Assembly (NCBI GenBank): GCA_964016885.1
Contig: OZ024744.1
Location: forward strand, 116,746,001-116,810,000
DNA length: 64,000 nt
DNA from: Eledone cirrhosa
Taxonomy: Eukaryota
Reading direction: 5' to 3'
A model generated the notes under the pieces. The model did no database searches. It saw nothing but the letters and a program-made list of their open reading frames with translations, and had not been told where the DNA came from. A program made the position numbers and the translations under genes. Below are positions 33,945-46,300 of the stretch, piece by piece (positions within the stretch are counted from its first letter, which is position 1; every line of letters starts with the position of its first letter).

Positions 33945-36900
33945 TTAGGTAAGGCGGGTCTTCTCTATTACTGAGTACCGCCAAAGGTCTCGGTCCAGTG
34001 ACATTGTCTTGGAGAGGTGTAAGCGTGTGAGGTCGGAATTTATCAGCTCGTCCCATGTTTTTCTGGGTCTGCCTACTCCGTGGCTACCGTCTATCTTTAT
34101 TGCCCTGCACTTTGTTATACAGCTGTCGTCTTTCATGCGCATCACGTGACCGTACCAACGTAGCCTTCTCTCGAGTAAACAACATCTGATCCCTCTTATT
34201 TCTAATTTTTTCCTTAGTTCGTTTATGCTTTGCCGTTCACGTATATTACTATTGCTCATCCAGCGGAGCATGCAAGCTTCGTTCCTCTCTAGTCTGCGTA
34301 TATCCTCTGCACACAATGCCCAGGTCTCACTGCCATGCAGCATTGCTGTTCGTATGCAGGCATCGTATAACCTGCCTTTCATTTTTAGGGAGAACCCTCT
34401 AGCGGCTAGTAGTGGTATAAGCTCTCTGAACTTTTTCCATCCAGTTCTGACTCTAGCTACTGTACTTTCAGAGCACCCTCCCCCACTGCTGATTTTGTCA
34501 CCCAGATAACGGAAGCTGTCCACTATTTCTATAGAACCCTCTGCGCAGTTGAAGGAGCTAGTATTTTGTGGGCACTTGCTGCTACTTATTGCACCAGAGC
34601 ACCGGCCACATGTAAAATCTATGTTCTTAGTTAGCTTACCTGTGATCCCACTACATCTTTTATGCACCCATACTTTGCATTTGGGACATAAAATGGAGTT
34701 TCTACCTACGCCTTTCCTACACACTGAGCATGGCCATTTCCCCGATGGGACCGCCGCCTTATTTTCTTTCCTACAAACTAGAACTTTAGTCTTAGCCAGG
34801 TTAATTTTAAGGCCTTTTGATTCTAGGCCGTGCTTCCACGTTTGGAATTTCTTCTCTAGTTCGGTCATTGATTCAGCTATGAGCGTTAGATCATCTGCGT
34901 ATAGGAGTTCCCATGGGCAGCCGGTCTTGAACTCCTCTGTTATAGCCTGAAGGGCAATAATAAATAGTAGGGGGCTAAGTACAGAGCCCTGATGGACACC
35001 AACTTTTACGCTAAACTCTTCACTATATTCGTTGTTAATTCTAACCTTACTGACTGTTTCTTTATACATGGCTTGTATAGCTCTCACAAGCCATTCGTCA
35101 ACACCTAGTTTTCTAAGAGACCACCAGATAATGGAACGGGGGACTCTGTCGAAGGCTTTCTCCAAATCGACAAAAGCTAAGTATAGGGGTTTACTTTTAG
35201 CTAGGTACTTCTCCTGTAGTTGTCGTACAATGAAAAGAGTGTCTGTGGTACTTTTGCCTGACACAAACCCGAACTGCATTTCATCTAGATCAATTCTCTC
35301 TCTGATTAGTTGCGCTATTACTTTTTCCGTGACCTTCATGACCTGGTCGATTAATTTAATGCCTCTATAGTTACTCCTATCTAGGGCATCTCCTTTTCCC
35401 TTATAGCAGTTAACGATGATGCTGCTACGCCATTCCTTCGGAACAACCCCATTCTGTACGACTTGGTTAATTATCCGGGTGACCATGATGTGTCCCACCG
35501 AACCAGATGCCTTCAGCATCTCAGCAACTATTTCCGAAGGCCCAGCCGCCTTACCCGTCTTCATATCTTTGATTGCCTTACTTATTATACTACCTTCAAC
35601 TAACACTGCTGGTCCCTCTATTGGATCGATCTGGGGGAGACTGTCTTTCTCCCATTTGTTCTCCTCATTTAGAAGCCTTTCGTAGTGACACTTCCAAGCT
35701 ACCTTCTTATCAGCGTCGGTGATGGCAAGTATGCCATCATCGTTAAGTACACACTTCTCCCCGACAATATCACGGTTTTCCTTGACACATTGCCTGGCAA
35801 TCCTGAACACCTCACGTTTTTGGTCCTCACGTTGTAGAACATGCTTGAACTTTCTTTCCTCTGCTTCCCTTCTTGCGAAGTACACTTGTCTCCTAGCTTC
35901 CCTCCTGGCCACTTGATAGTCTTCTCTACTTCCCCCATCCCGCCATACTTTCCAAGCCTGCTTTTTGGCCTTAATTGACTCCTCCACCTTACTGTTCCAC
36001 CACCATGTTACTCTCCTCCTACCTACAGGCCTGCTCCAGCCACAGACTTCGTCTGCCGCCGTCAGCAGGTTTGCTCTCAGGAATTCCCACTGTTCCTCTA
36101 TATTATACGACTCTAATTGCTCTTCCTTACTGTCGAAAGCGTCAAGTAATTTGCTTTGAAATTTATTTCTGGCTATGGGGTCCTTTAGCTTCCATATTTT
36201 TCTCCTGAGGATAGTCCTCTTTCGCTGTCTAGTACGTCTCGTCCTGACTATGAGGTCGCTAATTATCAGTCTATGTTGGGAGGTGAATTCTTCATGGGGG
36301 TGGGATTTAGTGTTAACAACAGACACTCTGTCACGTCTTCTGGTAAGGATATAATCTACCTGGCTTGTGTGTTCCCCCGATCTATAGGTGATGAAGTGAT
36401 TGTCTCGTTTTCTGAAGTTAGTGTTACAGATAGTTAAGTTATTTGCGTCGCAGAATTCCAGGATTCTGGAGCCTTCCTCATTTCTAGTACCGAACCCATA
36501 GCCTCCATGGATTCCGTCATAGCCGTCACAATGTTGTCCAACGTGACCATTTAGGTCGCCTGCAATAACTATATAGTCACTGTCGGTTATTTGGGAGGTA
36601 GCGAGCATCAGTGTCTCGTAGAATCTGTCTTTTATAGCGCGGGGCAGTCCGGATTGGGGTGCGTACGCAGATATTACTGTCACCGTAGTTTTATTGAGGA
36701 CAAGTCTTATTTTAATTATTCTGTCGTTCACTCTATTTACGTCTATTATCTTATCTGCCCACTTTTCTGCTACCATGATTCCTACCCCACCCAACCCATT
36801 GTCATTTCCCACCCAGAAAAGCTTATAGCATCGCTCTTTACCCACGATGGATCTAGCCGACCCTCCCCTCCACCTGGTCTCTTGAATACAACAAACATCG

Positions 36901-36965
36901 ACCTCCTTACGTTCAAGCAATTCTACAACCTCGTTAGAGCGACCCTTTAAGGTGCCTACATTCAT
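33945..36965 (-). CDS. RTE ORF: APE endonuclease + reverse transcriptase with inserted PHD finger (1006 aa)
   Basis: APE motifs: NVGTL, CIQETRW, SAYAPQ, GDLNGHVG, VDYIL, SQHRL. RT motifs: KAAGP, YRGIKL, QFGF, FVDLEKAFDRV, GVHQGSVLSPLLF, YADD (34890-34901), FRYLG. RTE-type C-terminus RRLRWYGHVMR..GRPRKTW. No internal stops. The true start is probably upstream (see C13 finding). Confidence 0.97.
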   Translation of the reverse strand: MNVGTLKGRSNEVVELLERKEVDVCCIQETRWRGGSARSIVGKERCYKLFWVGNDNGLGGVGIMVAEKWADKIIDVNRVNDRIIKIRLVLNKTTVTVISAYAPQSGLPRAIKDRFYETLMLATSQITDSDYIVIAGDLNGHVGQHCDGYDGIHGGYGFGTRNEEGSRILEFCDANNLTICNTNFRKRDNHFITYRSGEHTSQVDYILTRRRDRVSVVNTKSHPHEEFTSQHRLIISDLIVRTRRTRQRKRTILRRKIWKLKDPIARNKFQSKLLDAFDSKEEQLESYNIEEQWEFLRANLLTAADEVCGWSRPVGRRRVTWWWNSKVEESIKAKKQAWKVWRDGGSREDYQVARREARRQVYFARREAEERKFKHVLQREDQKREVFRIARQCVKENRDIVGEKCVLNDDGILAITDADKKVAWKCHYERLLNEENKWEKDSLPQIDPIEGPAVLVEGSIISKAIKDMKTGKAAGPSEIVAEMLKASGSVGHIMVTRIINQVVQNGVVPKEWRSSIIVNCYKGKGDALDRSNYRGIKLIDQVMKVTEKVIAQLIRERIDLDEMQFGFVSGKSTTDTLFIVRQLQEKYLAKSKPLYLAFVDLEKAFDRVPRSIIWWSLRKLGVDEWLVRAIQAMYKETVSKVRINNEYSEEFSVKVGVHQGSVLSPLLFIIALQAITEEFKTGCPWELLYADDLTLIAESMTELEKKFQTWKHGLESKGLKINLAKTKVLVCRKENKAAVPSGKWPCSVCRKGVGRNSILCPKCKVWVHKRCSGITGKLTKNIDFTCGRCSGAISSSKCPQNTSSFNCAEGSIEIVDSFRYLGDKISSGGGCSESTVARVRTGWKKFRELIPLLAARGFSLKMKGRLYDACIRTAMLHGSETWALCAEDIRRLERNEACMLRWMSNSNIRERQSINELRKKLEIRGIRCCLLERRLRWYGHVMRMKDDSCITKCRAIKIDGSHGVGRPRKTWDELINSDLTRLHLSKTMSLDRDLWRYSVIEKTRLT
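34599..34730 (-). other. PHD-type zinc finger (C4HC3) within the RT region
   Basis: CSVC-x10-CPKC-KVWV-H-KR-C-x14-CGRC, lying between KINLAKTKVL and IEIVDSFRYLG. Confidence 0.85.
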
Positions 36966-37191
36966 GGTACCAACTCTGAAGTTTTGGATTGCGTTTGGAG
37001 GGTGGGAGCGGTTGGGCGCGGGGGGGGGGGGGAGTTATGTTAGCCATCCTGGGCCGAAACAAGGAGGAGTGCTTGCATTCTCGTCCACGAGGTGAATTTG
37101 GCTTTATCTTTGGCATTGTCGCTGAGCGTCCACATTTTTCTCTCTTCAACTCTCCAGAATTCCGTAGTCCATCCATCATATCGAAAAGCAA
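36934..37191 (-). other. Short upstream ORF (85 aa) overlapping the RTE ORF start; likely its frameshifted N-terminus
   Basis: ATG GCT AAC ATA ACT + C13 + GCG.... Removing one C puts this ORF in frame with FRVGTMNVGTL. Confidence 0.5.
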
Positions 37192-37306
37192 CCAGTTAAG
37201 CGATAGTATGGGCCTCTGACTTATGATTGGTCCACGTAATAATGGTGGTGCGTGGGGGCGGGAGGGAGGGATGATGGGTTGTTAGCGAGAATGTAAGGTT
37301 TAAGAT

Positions 37307-40300
37307 AATGTGAGATAATGACCAATGTGAGATAATGACAATGTTAGATAATGACCAATGTGAGATAATGACCAATGGGAGATAATGACAATGTGAGATA
37401 ATGACCAATGTGAGATAATGACAATGTGAGATAATGACCAATGTGAGATAATGACCAATGGGAGATAATGACAATGTTAGATAATGACCAATGTGAGATA
37501 ATGACAATGTGAGATAATGACAATGTGAGATAATGACCAATGTGAGATAATGACAAAGTGAGATAATGACAATGTGAGATAATGACAATGTGAGATAATG
37601 ACAATGTGAGATAATGACCAATGTGAGATAATGACAATGTGAGATAATGACAACGTGAGATAATGACAATGTGAGATAATGACCAATGTGAGATAATGAC
37701 AATGTGAAATAATGACCAATGTGAGATAATGACCAATGTGAGATAATGACAATATGAGATAATGACAATGTGAGATAATGACAATATGAGATAATGAGCA
37801 ATGTGAGATAATGACAATGTGAGATAATGACAATGGGAGATAATGACAATGTGAGATAATGAGCAATGTGAGATAATGACAATGTGAGATAATGACAATG
37901 TGAGATAATGACCAATGTGTGATAATGACAATGTGAGATAATGACAACGTGAGATAATGACCAATGTGTGATAATGACAATGTGAGATAATGACCAATGT
38001 AAGATAATGACCAATGGGAGATAACGACCAATGGGAGATAATGACAATGTGAGATAATGACAATGTGAGATAATGACAATATGACATAATGACAATGTAA
38101 GATTATGACAATGTGAGATAATGACAATGTGAGATTATGACAATGTGAGATAATGACAATGTGAGATAATGACAATGTTAGATAATGACCAATGTGAGAT
38201 AATGACCAATGTGAGATAATGACAAACGTAAGATAATGACCAATGTGAGATAATGACAAATGTGAGATAATGACCAATGGGAGATAATGACAATGTGAGA
38301 TAATGACCAATGTGAGATAATGACAATGTGAGATAATGACCAATGTGAGATAATGACCAATGGGAGATAATGAAAATGTTAGATAATGACCAATGTGAGA
38401 TAATGACAATGTGAGATAATGACAATGTGAGATAATGACAAAGTGAGATAATGACAATGTGAGATAATGACAATGTGAGATAATGACAATGTGAGATAAT
38501 GACAATGTGAGATAATGACCAATGTGAGATAATGACAATGTGAGATAATGACAATGTGAGATAATGACAATGTGAGATAATGACAATGTGAGATAATGAC
38601 CAATGTGAGATAATGACCAATGTGAGATCATGAGCAATGTGAGATAATGACAATGTGAGATAATGACAATGTGAGATAATGACCAATGTGAGATAATGAC
38701 AATGTGAGATAATGACAATGTGAGATAATGACAATGTGAGATAATGACAATGTGAGATAATGACAATGTGAGATAATGAAAATGTGAGATAATGACCAAT
38801 GTGAGATAATGACCAATGTGAGATAATGACCAATGGGAGATAATGACAATGTGAGATAATGACAATGTGAGATAATGAAAATGTGAGATAATGACCAATG
38901 TGAGATAATGACCAATGTGAGATAATGACAATTTGAGATAATGACAATATGAGATAATGACCAATGTAAGATAATGACCAATGTGAGATAATGACAATGT
39001 GAGATAATGACAATGTGAGATAATGACAATGTGAGATAATGACCAATGTGAGATAATGACAATGTGGGATAATGACCAATGTGAGATAATGACAATGTGA
39101 GATAATGACAATGTGAGATAATGACCAACGTGATATAATGACAATGTGAGATAATGACAATGTGAGATAATGACCAATGTAAGATAATGACCAATGTGAG
39201 ATAATGACAATGTGAGATAATGACAATGTGAGATAATGACAATGTGAGATAATGACCAATGTGAGATAATGACAATGTGAGATAATGACCAATGTGAGAT
39301 AATGACCAATGTGAGATAATGACAATGTGAGATAATGACCAATGTAAGATAATGACCAACATGAGATTATGACAATGTGAGATAATGACAATGTGAGATA
39401 ATGACAATGTGAGATAATGACAATGTGATATAATGACAATGTGAGATAATGACCAATGTGAGATAATGACAATGTGAGATAATGACCAATGTGAGATAAT
39501 GACCAATGTGAGATAATGACAATGTGAGATAATGACCAATGTGAGATAATGACAATGTGAGATAATGACCAATGGGAGATAATGACCAATATGAGATAAT
39601 GACAATATGAGATAATGACAATGTGAGATAATGACCAATATGAGATAATGACAATGTGAGATAATGACCAATGTGAGATAATGACCAATGTGAGATAATG
39701 ACCAATGTGAGATAATGACCAATGTGAGATAATGACAATGTGAGATAATGACCAATGTGATATAATGACCAATGTGAGATAATGACAATGTGAGATAATG
39801 ACCAATGTGAGATAATGACAATGTGAGATAATGACCAATGTGAGATAATGACCAATGTGAGATATTGACCAACGTCAGATAATGACCAATGTGAGATAAT
39901 GACCAATGTGAGATAATGACAATGTGAGATAATGACAATGTGAGATAATGACAATGTGAGATAATGAACAATGTGAGATAATGACCAATGTGAGATAATG
40001 ACAATGTGAGATAATGACAATGTGAGATAATGACAATTTGAGATAATGACAATGTGAGATAATGACCAATGTGAGATAATGACCAATGTGAGATAATGAC
40101 CAATGTGAGATAATGACAATGTGAGATAATGACAATGTGAGATAATGAACAATGTGAGATAATGACCAATGTGAGATAATGACAATGTGAGATAATGACA
40201 ATGTGAGATAATGACAATTTGAGATAATGACAATGTGAGATAATGACCAATGTGAGATAATGAGAACGTGTGATAATGACAATGTGAGATAATGACAATG

Positions 40301-43300
40301 TGAGATAATGACAATGTGAGATAATAACAATGTGAGATAATGACCAATGTGAGATAATGACAATGTGAGATAATGACAATGTGAGATAATGACAATGTGA
40401 GATAATGACGATGTGATATAATGACAATGTGAGATAATGACAATGTGAGATAATGACAATGTGACATAATGACAATGTGAGATAATGACAATGTGAGATA
40501 ATGACCAATGTGAGAAAATGACGATGTGAGATAATGACCAATGTTAGATAATGACCAATTGGAGATAATGAACAATGTGAGATAATTACAATATGAGATA
40601 ATGACCAATGTGAGATAATGACAACGTGAGATAATGACCAATATGAGATAATGACAATATGAGATAATGACAATGTGAGATAATGACCAATGTGAGATAA
40701 TGACAATGTGAGATAATGACCAATGTGAGATAATGACTAATGTGAGATAATGACCAATGTGAGATAATGACAATGTGAGATAATGACCAATGTGAGATAA
40801 TGACAATGTGAGATAATGACAATGTGAGATAATGACCAATGTGAGATAATGACAATGTGAGATAATGACAATGTGAGATAATGACCAATGTGATATAATG
40901 ACAATGTGAGATAATGACAATGTGAGATAATGACCAATGTGAGATAATGACCAATGTGAGATAATGACAATGTGAGATAATGACCAATGTGAGATAATGA
41001 CCAATATGAGATAATGACAATATGAGATAATGACAATGTGAGATGATGACTAATGTGAGATAATGAGCAATGTGAGATAATGACCAATGTGAGATAATGA
41101 CAATGTGAGATAATGACAATGTGAGATAATGACCAATGTGAGATAATGACCAATGTGAGATAATGACAAGGTGAGATAATGACAATTTGAGATAATGACA
41201 ATGTGAGATAATGACCAATGTGAGATAATGAGAACGTGTGATAATGACAATGTGAGATAATGACAATGTGAGATAATGACAATGTGAGATAATAACAATG
41301 TGAGATAATGACCAATGTGAGATAATGACAATGTGAGATAATGACAATGTGAGATAATGACAATGTGAGATAATGACGATGTGATATAATGACAATGTGA
41401 GATAATGACAATGTGAGATAATGACAATGTGACATAATGACAATGTGAGATAATGACAATGTGAGATAATGACCAATGTGAGAAAATGACGATGTGAGAT
41501 AATGACCAATGTTAGATAATGACCAATTGGAGATAATGAACAATGTGAGATAATTACAATATGAGATAATGACCAATGTGAGATAATGACAACGTGAGAT
41601 AATGACCAATATGAGATAATGACAATATGAGATAATGACAATGTGAGATAATGACCAATGTGAGATAATGACAATGTGAGATAATGACCAATGTGAGATA
41701 ATGACTAATGTGAGATAATGACCAATGTGAGATAATGACAATGTGAGATAATGACCAATGTGAGATAATGACAATGTGAGATAATGACAATGTGAGATAA
41801 TGACCAATGTGAGATAATGACAATGTGAGATATGACCAATGTGATATAATGACAATGTGAGATAATGACAATGTGAGATAATGACCAATGTGAGATAATG
41901 ACCAATGTGAGATAATGACAATGTGAGATAATGACCAATGTGAGATAATGACCAATATGAGATAATGACAATATGAGATAATGACAATGTGAGATGATGA
42001 CTAATGTGAGATAATGAGCAATGTGAGATAATGACCAATGTGAGATAATGACCAATGTGAGATAATGACAATGTGAGATAATGACAATGTGAGATAATGA
42101 CCAATGTGAGATAATGACCAATGTGAGATAATGACAAGGTGAGATAATGACAATGTGAGATAATGACAATGTGAGATAATGACCAATGTGAGATAATGAC
42201 CAATGTGAGATAATGACAAGGTGAGATAATGACAAGGTGAGATAATGACAAGGTGAGATAATGACAAGGTGAGATAATGACAATGTGAGATAATGACAAG
42301 GTGAGATAATGACAATGTGAGATAATGACCAATGTGAGATAATGACAAGGTGAGATAATGACCAATGTGAGATATTGACAATGTGAGATAATGACAAGGT
42401 CAGATAATGACAATGTGAGATAATGACCAATGTGAGATAATGACAAGGTGAGATAATGACAAGGTGAGATAATGACAAGGTGAGATAATGACAATGTGAG
42501 ATAATGACAAGGTGAGATAATGACAATGTGAGATAATGACCAATGTGAGATAATGAGAACGTGTGATAATGACTCATGTGAGATAATGACAATGTGAGAT
42601 AATGACCAATGTGAGATAATGACCAATGCGAGATAATGACAATGTGAGGTAATGACAATGTGAGATAATGACCAATGTGAGATAATGACAATGTGAGATA
42701 ATGATAATGTGAGATAATGACAATGTGAGATAATGACCAATGTGAGATAATGACAATGTGAGATAATGACAATGTGAGATAATGACAATGTGAGATAATG
42801 ACCAATGTGAGATAATGACCAATGTGAGATAATGACAATGTGAGATAATGACAATGTGAGATAATGACCAATATGAGATAATGACAATGTGAGATAATGA
42901 CAATGTGATATAATGACCAATGTGAGATAATGACCAATGTGAGATAATGACCAATGTGAGATAATGACAAAGTGAGATAATGACAATGTGAGATAATGAC
43001 AATGTGAGATAATGACAATGTGAGAAAATGACAATGTGAGATAATGACAATGTGAGATAATGACAATGTGAGATAATGACCAATGTGAGATAACGACCAA
43101 TGTGAGATAATGACAATGTGAGATAATGACAATGTGAGATAATGACCAATATGAGATAATGACAATGTGAGATAATGACAATGTGAGATAATGACCAATG
43201 TGAGATAATGACCAATGTGAGATGATGACCAATGTGAGATAATGACCAATGTGAGACAATGACAATGTGAGGTAATGACAATGTGAGATAATGACAATGT

Positions 43301-46300
43301 GAGATAATGACAATGTGAGATAATGAGCAATGTGAGATAATTAACAATGTGAGATAATGATAATGTGAGATAATGACAATGTGAGATAATGACAATGTGA
43401 GTTAATGACAATGTGAGATAATGACCAATGTGAGATAATAACAATGTGAGATAATGACAATGTGAGATAATGACAATGTGAGATAATGACAATGTGAGAT
43501 AATGACCAACATGAGATAATGACCAATGTGTGATAATGACAATGTGAGATAATGACAAAGTGAGATAATGACCAATGTGAGATAATGACAACGTAAGATA
43601 ATGACAATGTGAGATAATGACCAATGTGAGATAATGACAATGTGAGATAATGACCAATATGAGATAATGACAATGTGAGATAATGACCAGTGTGAGATAA
43701 TGACAATGTGAGATAATGACCAATGTGAGATAATGACCAATGTGAGATAATGACAATGTGAGATAATGACAATGTGAGATAATGACAATGTGAGATAATG
43801 ACAACGTGAGATAATGACCAATGTGAGATAATGACAATGTGAGATAATGACCAACATGAGATAATGACAATGTGAGATAATGACCAATGTGAGATAATGA
43901 CCAACGTGAGATAATGACAATGTGAGATAATGACAATGTAAGATAATGACCAATATGAGATAATTACAATGTTAGATAATGACCAATGTGAGATAATGAC
44001 CAATGTGAGATAATGACGATGTGAGATAATGACCAATGTGAGATAATGACCAAAGCGAGATAATGACCAACGTGAGATAATGACAATGTGAGGTAATGAC
44101 AATGTGAGATAATGACAATGTGAGATAATGACAATGTGAGATAATGACAATGTGAGATAATGACAACGTGAAATAATGACAATGTGATATAATGACCAAT
44201 GTGAGATAATGACAATGTGAGATAATGACCAATGTGAGATAATGACAATGTGAGATAATGACAATGTGAGATAATGACAATGTGAGATAATGACCATGTG
44301 AGATAATGACAGTGTGAGATAATGACCAATGTGAGATAATGACCAATGTGAGATAATGACCAACGTGAGATAATGACAATGTGAGATAATGACCAATGTG
44401 AGATAATGACAATGTGAGATAATGACAATGTGAGATAATGACAATGTGAGATAATGACAATGTGAGATAATGACAGTGTGAGATAATGACCAATGTGAGA
44501 TAATGACCAATGTGAGATAATGACCAACGTGAGATAATGACAATGTGAGATAATGACCAATGTGAGATAATGACAATGTGAGATAATGACCAAAGTGAGA
44601 TAATGACCAATGTGAGATAATGACCAATGTGATATAATGACAATGTGAGATAATAACCAATGTGAGATAATGACCAATGTGAGATAATGACAATGTGAGA
44701 TAATGACCAATGTGAGATAATGACCAAAGTGAGATAATGACCAAAGTGAGATAATGACCAATGTGAGATAATGACCAATGTGATATAATGACAATGTGAG
44801 ATAATGACCAACGTGAGATAATGACAATGTGAGATAATGACAAAGTGAGATAATGACAATGTGAGATAATGACAATGTGAGATAATGACAATGTGAGAAA
44901 ATGACAATGTGAGATAATGACAATGTGAGATAATGACAATGTGAGATAATGACCAATGTGAGATAACGACCAATGTGAGATAATGACAATGTGAGATAAT
45001 GACAATGTGAGATAATGACCAATATGAGATAATGACAATGTGAGATAATGACAATGTGAGATAATGACCAATGTGAGATAATGACCAATGTGAGATGATG
45101 ACCAATGTGAGATAATGACCAATGTGAGACAATGACAATGTGAGGTAATGACAATGTGAGATAATGACAATGTGAGATAATGACAATGTGAGATAATGAG
45201 CAATGTGAGATAATTAACAATGTGAGATAATGATAATGTGAGATAATGACAATGTGAGATAATGACAATGTGAGTTAATGACAATGTGAGATAATGACCA
45301 ATGTGAGATAATAACAATGTGAGATAATGACAATGTGAGATAATGACAATGTGAGATAATGACAATGTGAGATAATGACCAACATGAGATAATGACCAAT
45401 GTGTGATAATGACAATGTGAGATAATGACAAAGTGAGATAATGACCAATGTGAGATAATGACAACGTAAGATAATGACAATGTGAGATAATGACCAATGT
45501 GAGATAATGACAATGTGAGATAATGACCAATATGAGATAATGACAATGTGAGATAATGACCAGTGTGAGATAATGACAATGTGAGATAATGACCAATGTG
45601 AGATAATGACCAATGTGAGATAATGACAATGTGAGATAATGACAATGTGAGATAATGACAATGTGAGATAATGACAACGTGAGATAATGACCAATGTGAG
45701 ATAATGACAATGTGAGATAATGACCAACATGAGATAATGACAATGTGAGATAATGACCAATGTGAGATAATGACCAACGTGAGATAATGACAATGTGAGA
45801 TAATGACAATGTAAGATAATGACCAATATGAGATAATTACAATGTTAGATAATGACCAATGTGAGATAATGACCAATGTGAGATAATGACGATGTGAGAT
45901 AATGACCAATGTGAGATAATGACCAAAGCGAGATAATGACCAACGTGAGATAATGACAATGTGAGGTAATGACAATGTGAGATAATGACAATGTGAGATA
46001 ATGACAATGTGAGATAATGACAATGTGAGATAATGACAACGTGAAATAATGACAATGTGATATAATGACCAATGTGAGATAATGACAATGTGAGATAATG
46101 ACCAATGTGAGATAATGACAATGTGAGATAATGACAATGTGAGATAATGACAATGTGAGATAATGACCATGTGAGATAATGACAGTGTGAGATAATGACC
46201 AATGTGAGATAATGACCAATGTGAGATAATGACCAACGTGAGATAATGACAATGTGAGATAATGACCAATGTGAGATAATGACAATGTGAGATAATGACA

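Larger units (their letters stand above)
33438..37306 (-). mobile_element. Apparently intact RTE-clade non-LTR retrotransposon (LINE) inserted in the satellite
   Basis: Single EN-RT ORF with no ORF1 or RNase H, ~340 bp upstream region, ~480 bp 3'UTR and a (TGA)n tail. Satellite resumes on both sides. Confidence 0.96.

Noticed and set aside
33484-37219. Short plus-strand and alternate-frame ORFs within the LINE
   Set aside because: Antisense shadows of the RT ORF or UTR with no recognisable motifs.
37196-38095. ORFs reading from the satellite into the LINE 5' region (and 33133-33543 out of its 3' end)
   Set aside because: Chance fusions caused by the stop-free satellite strand.
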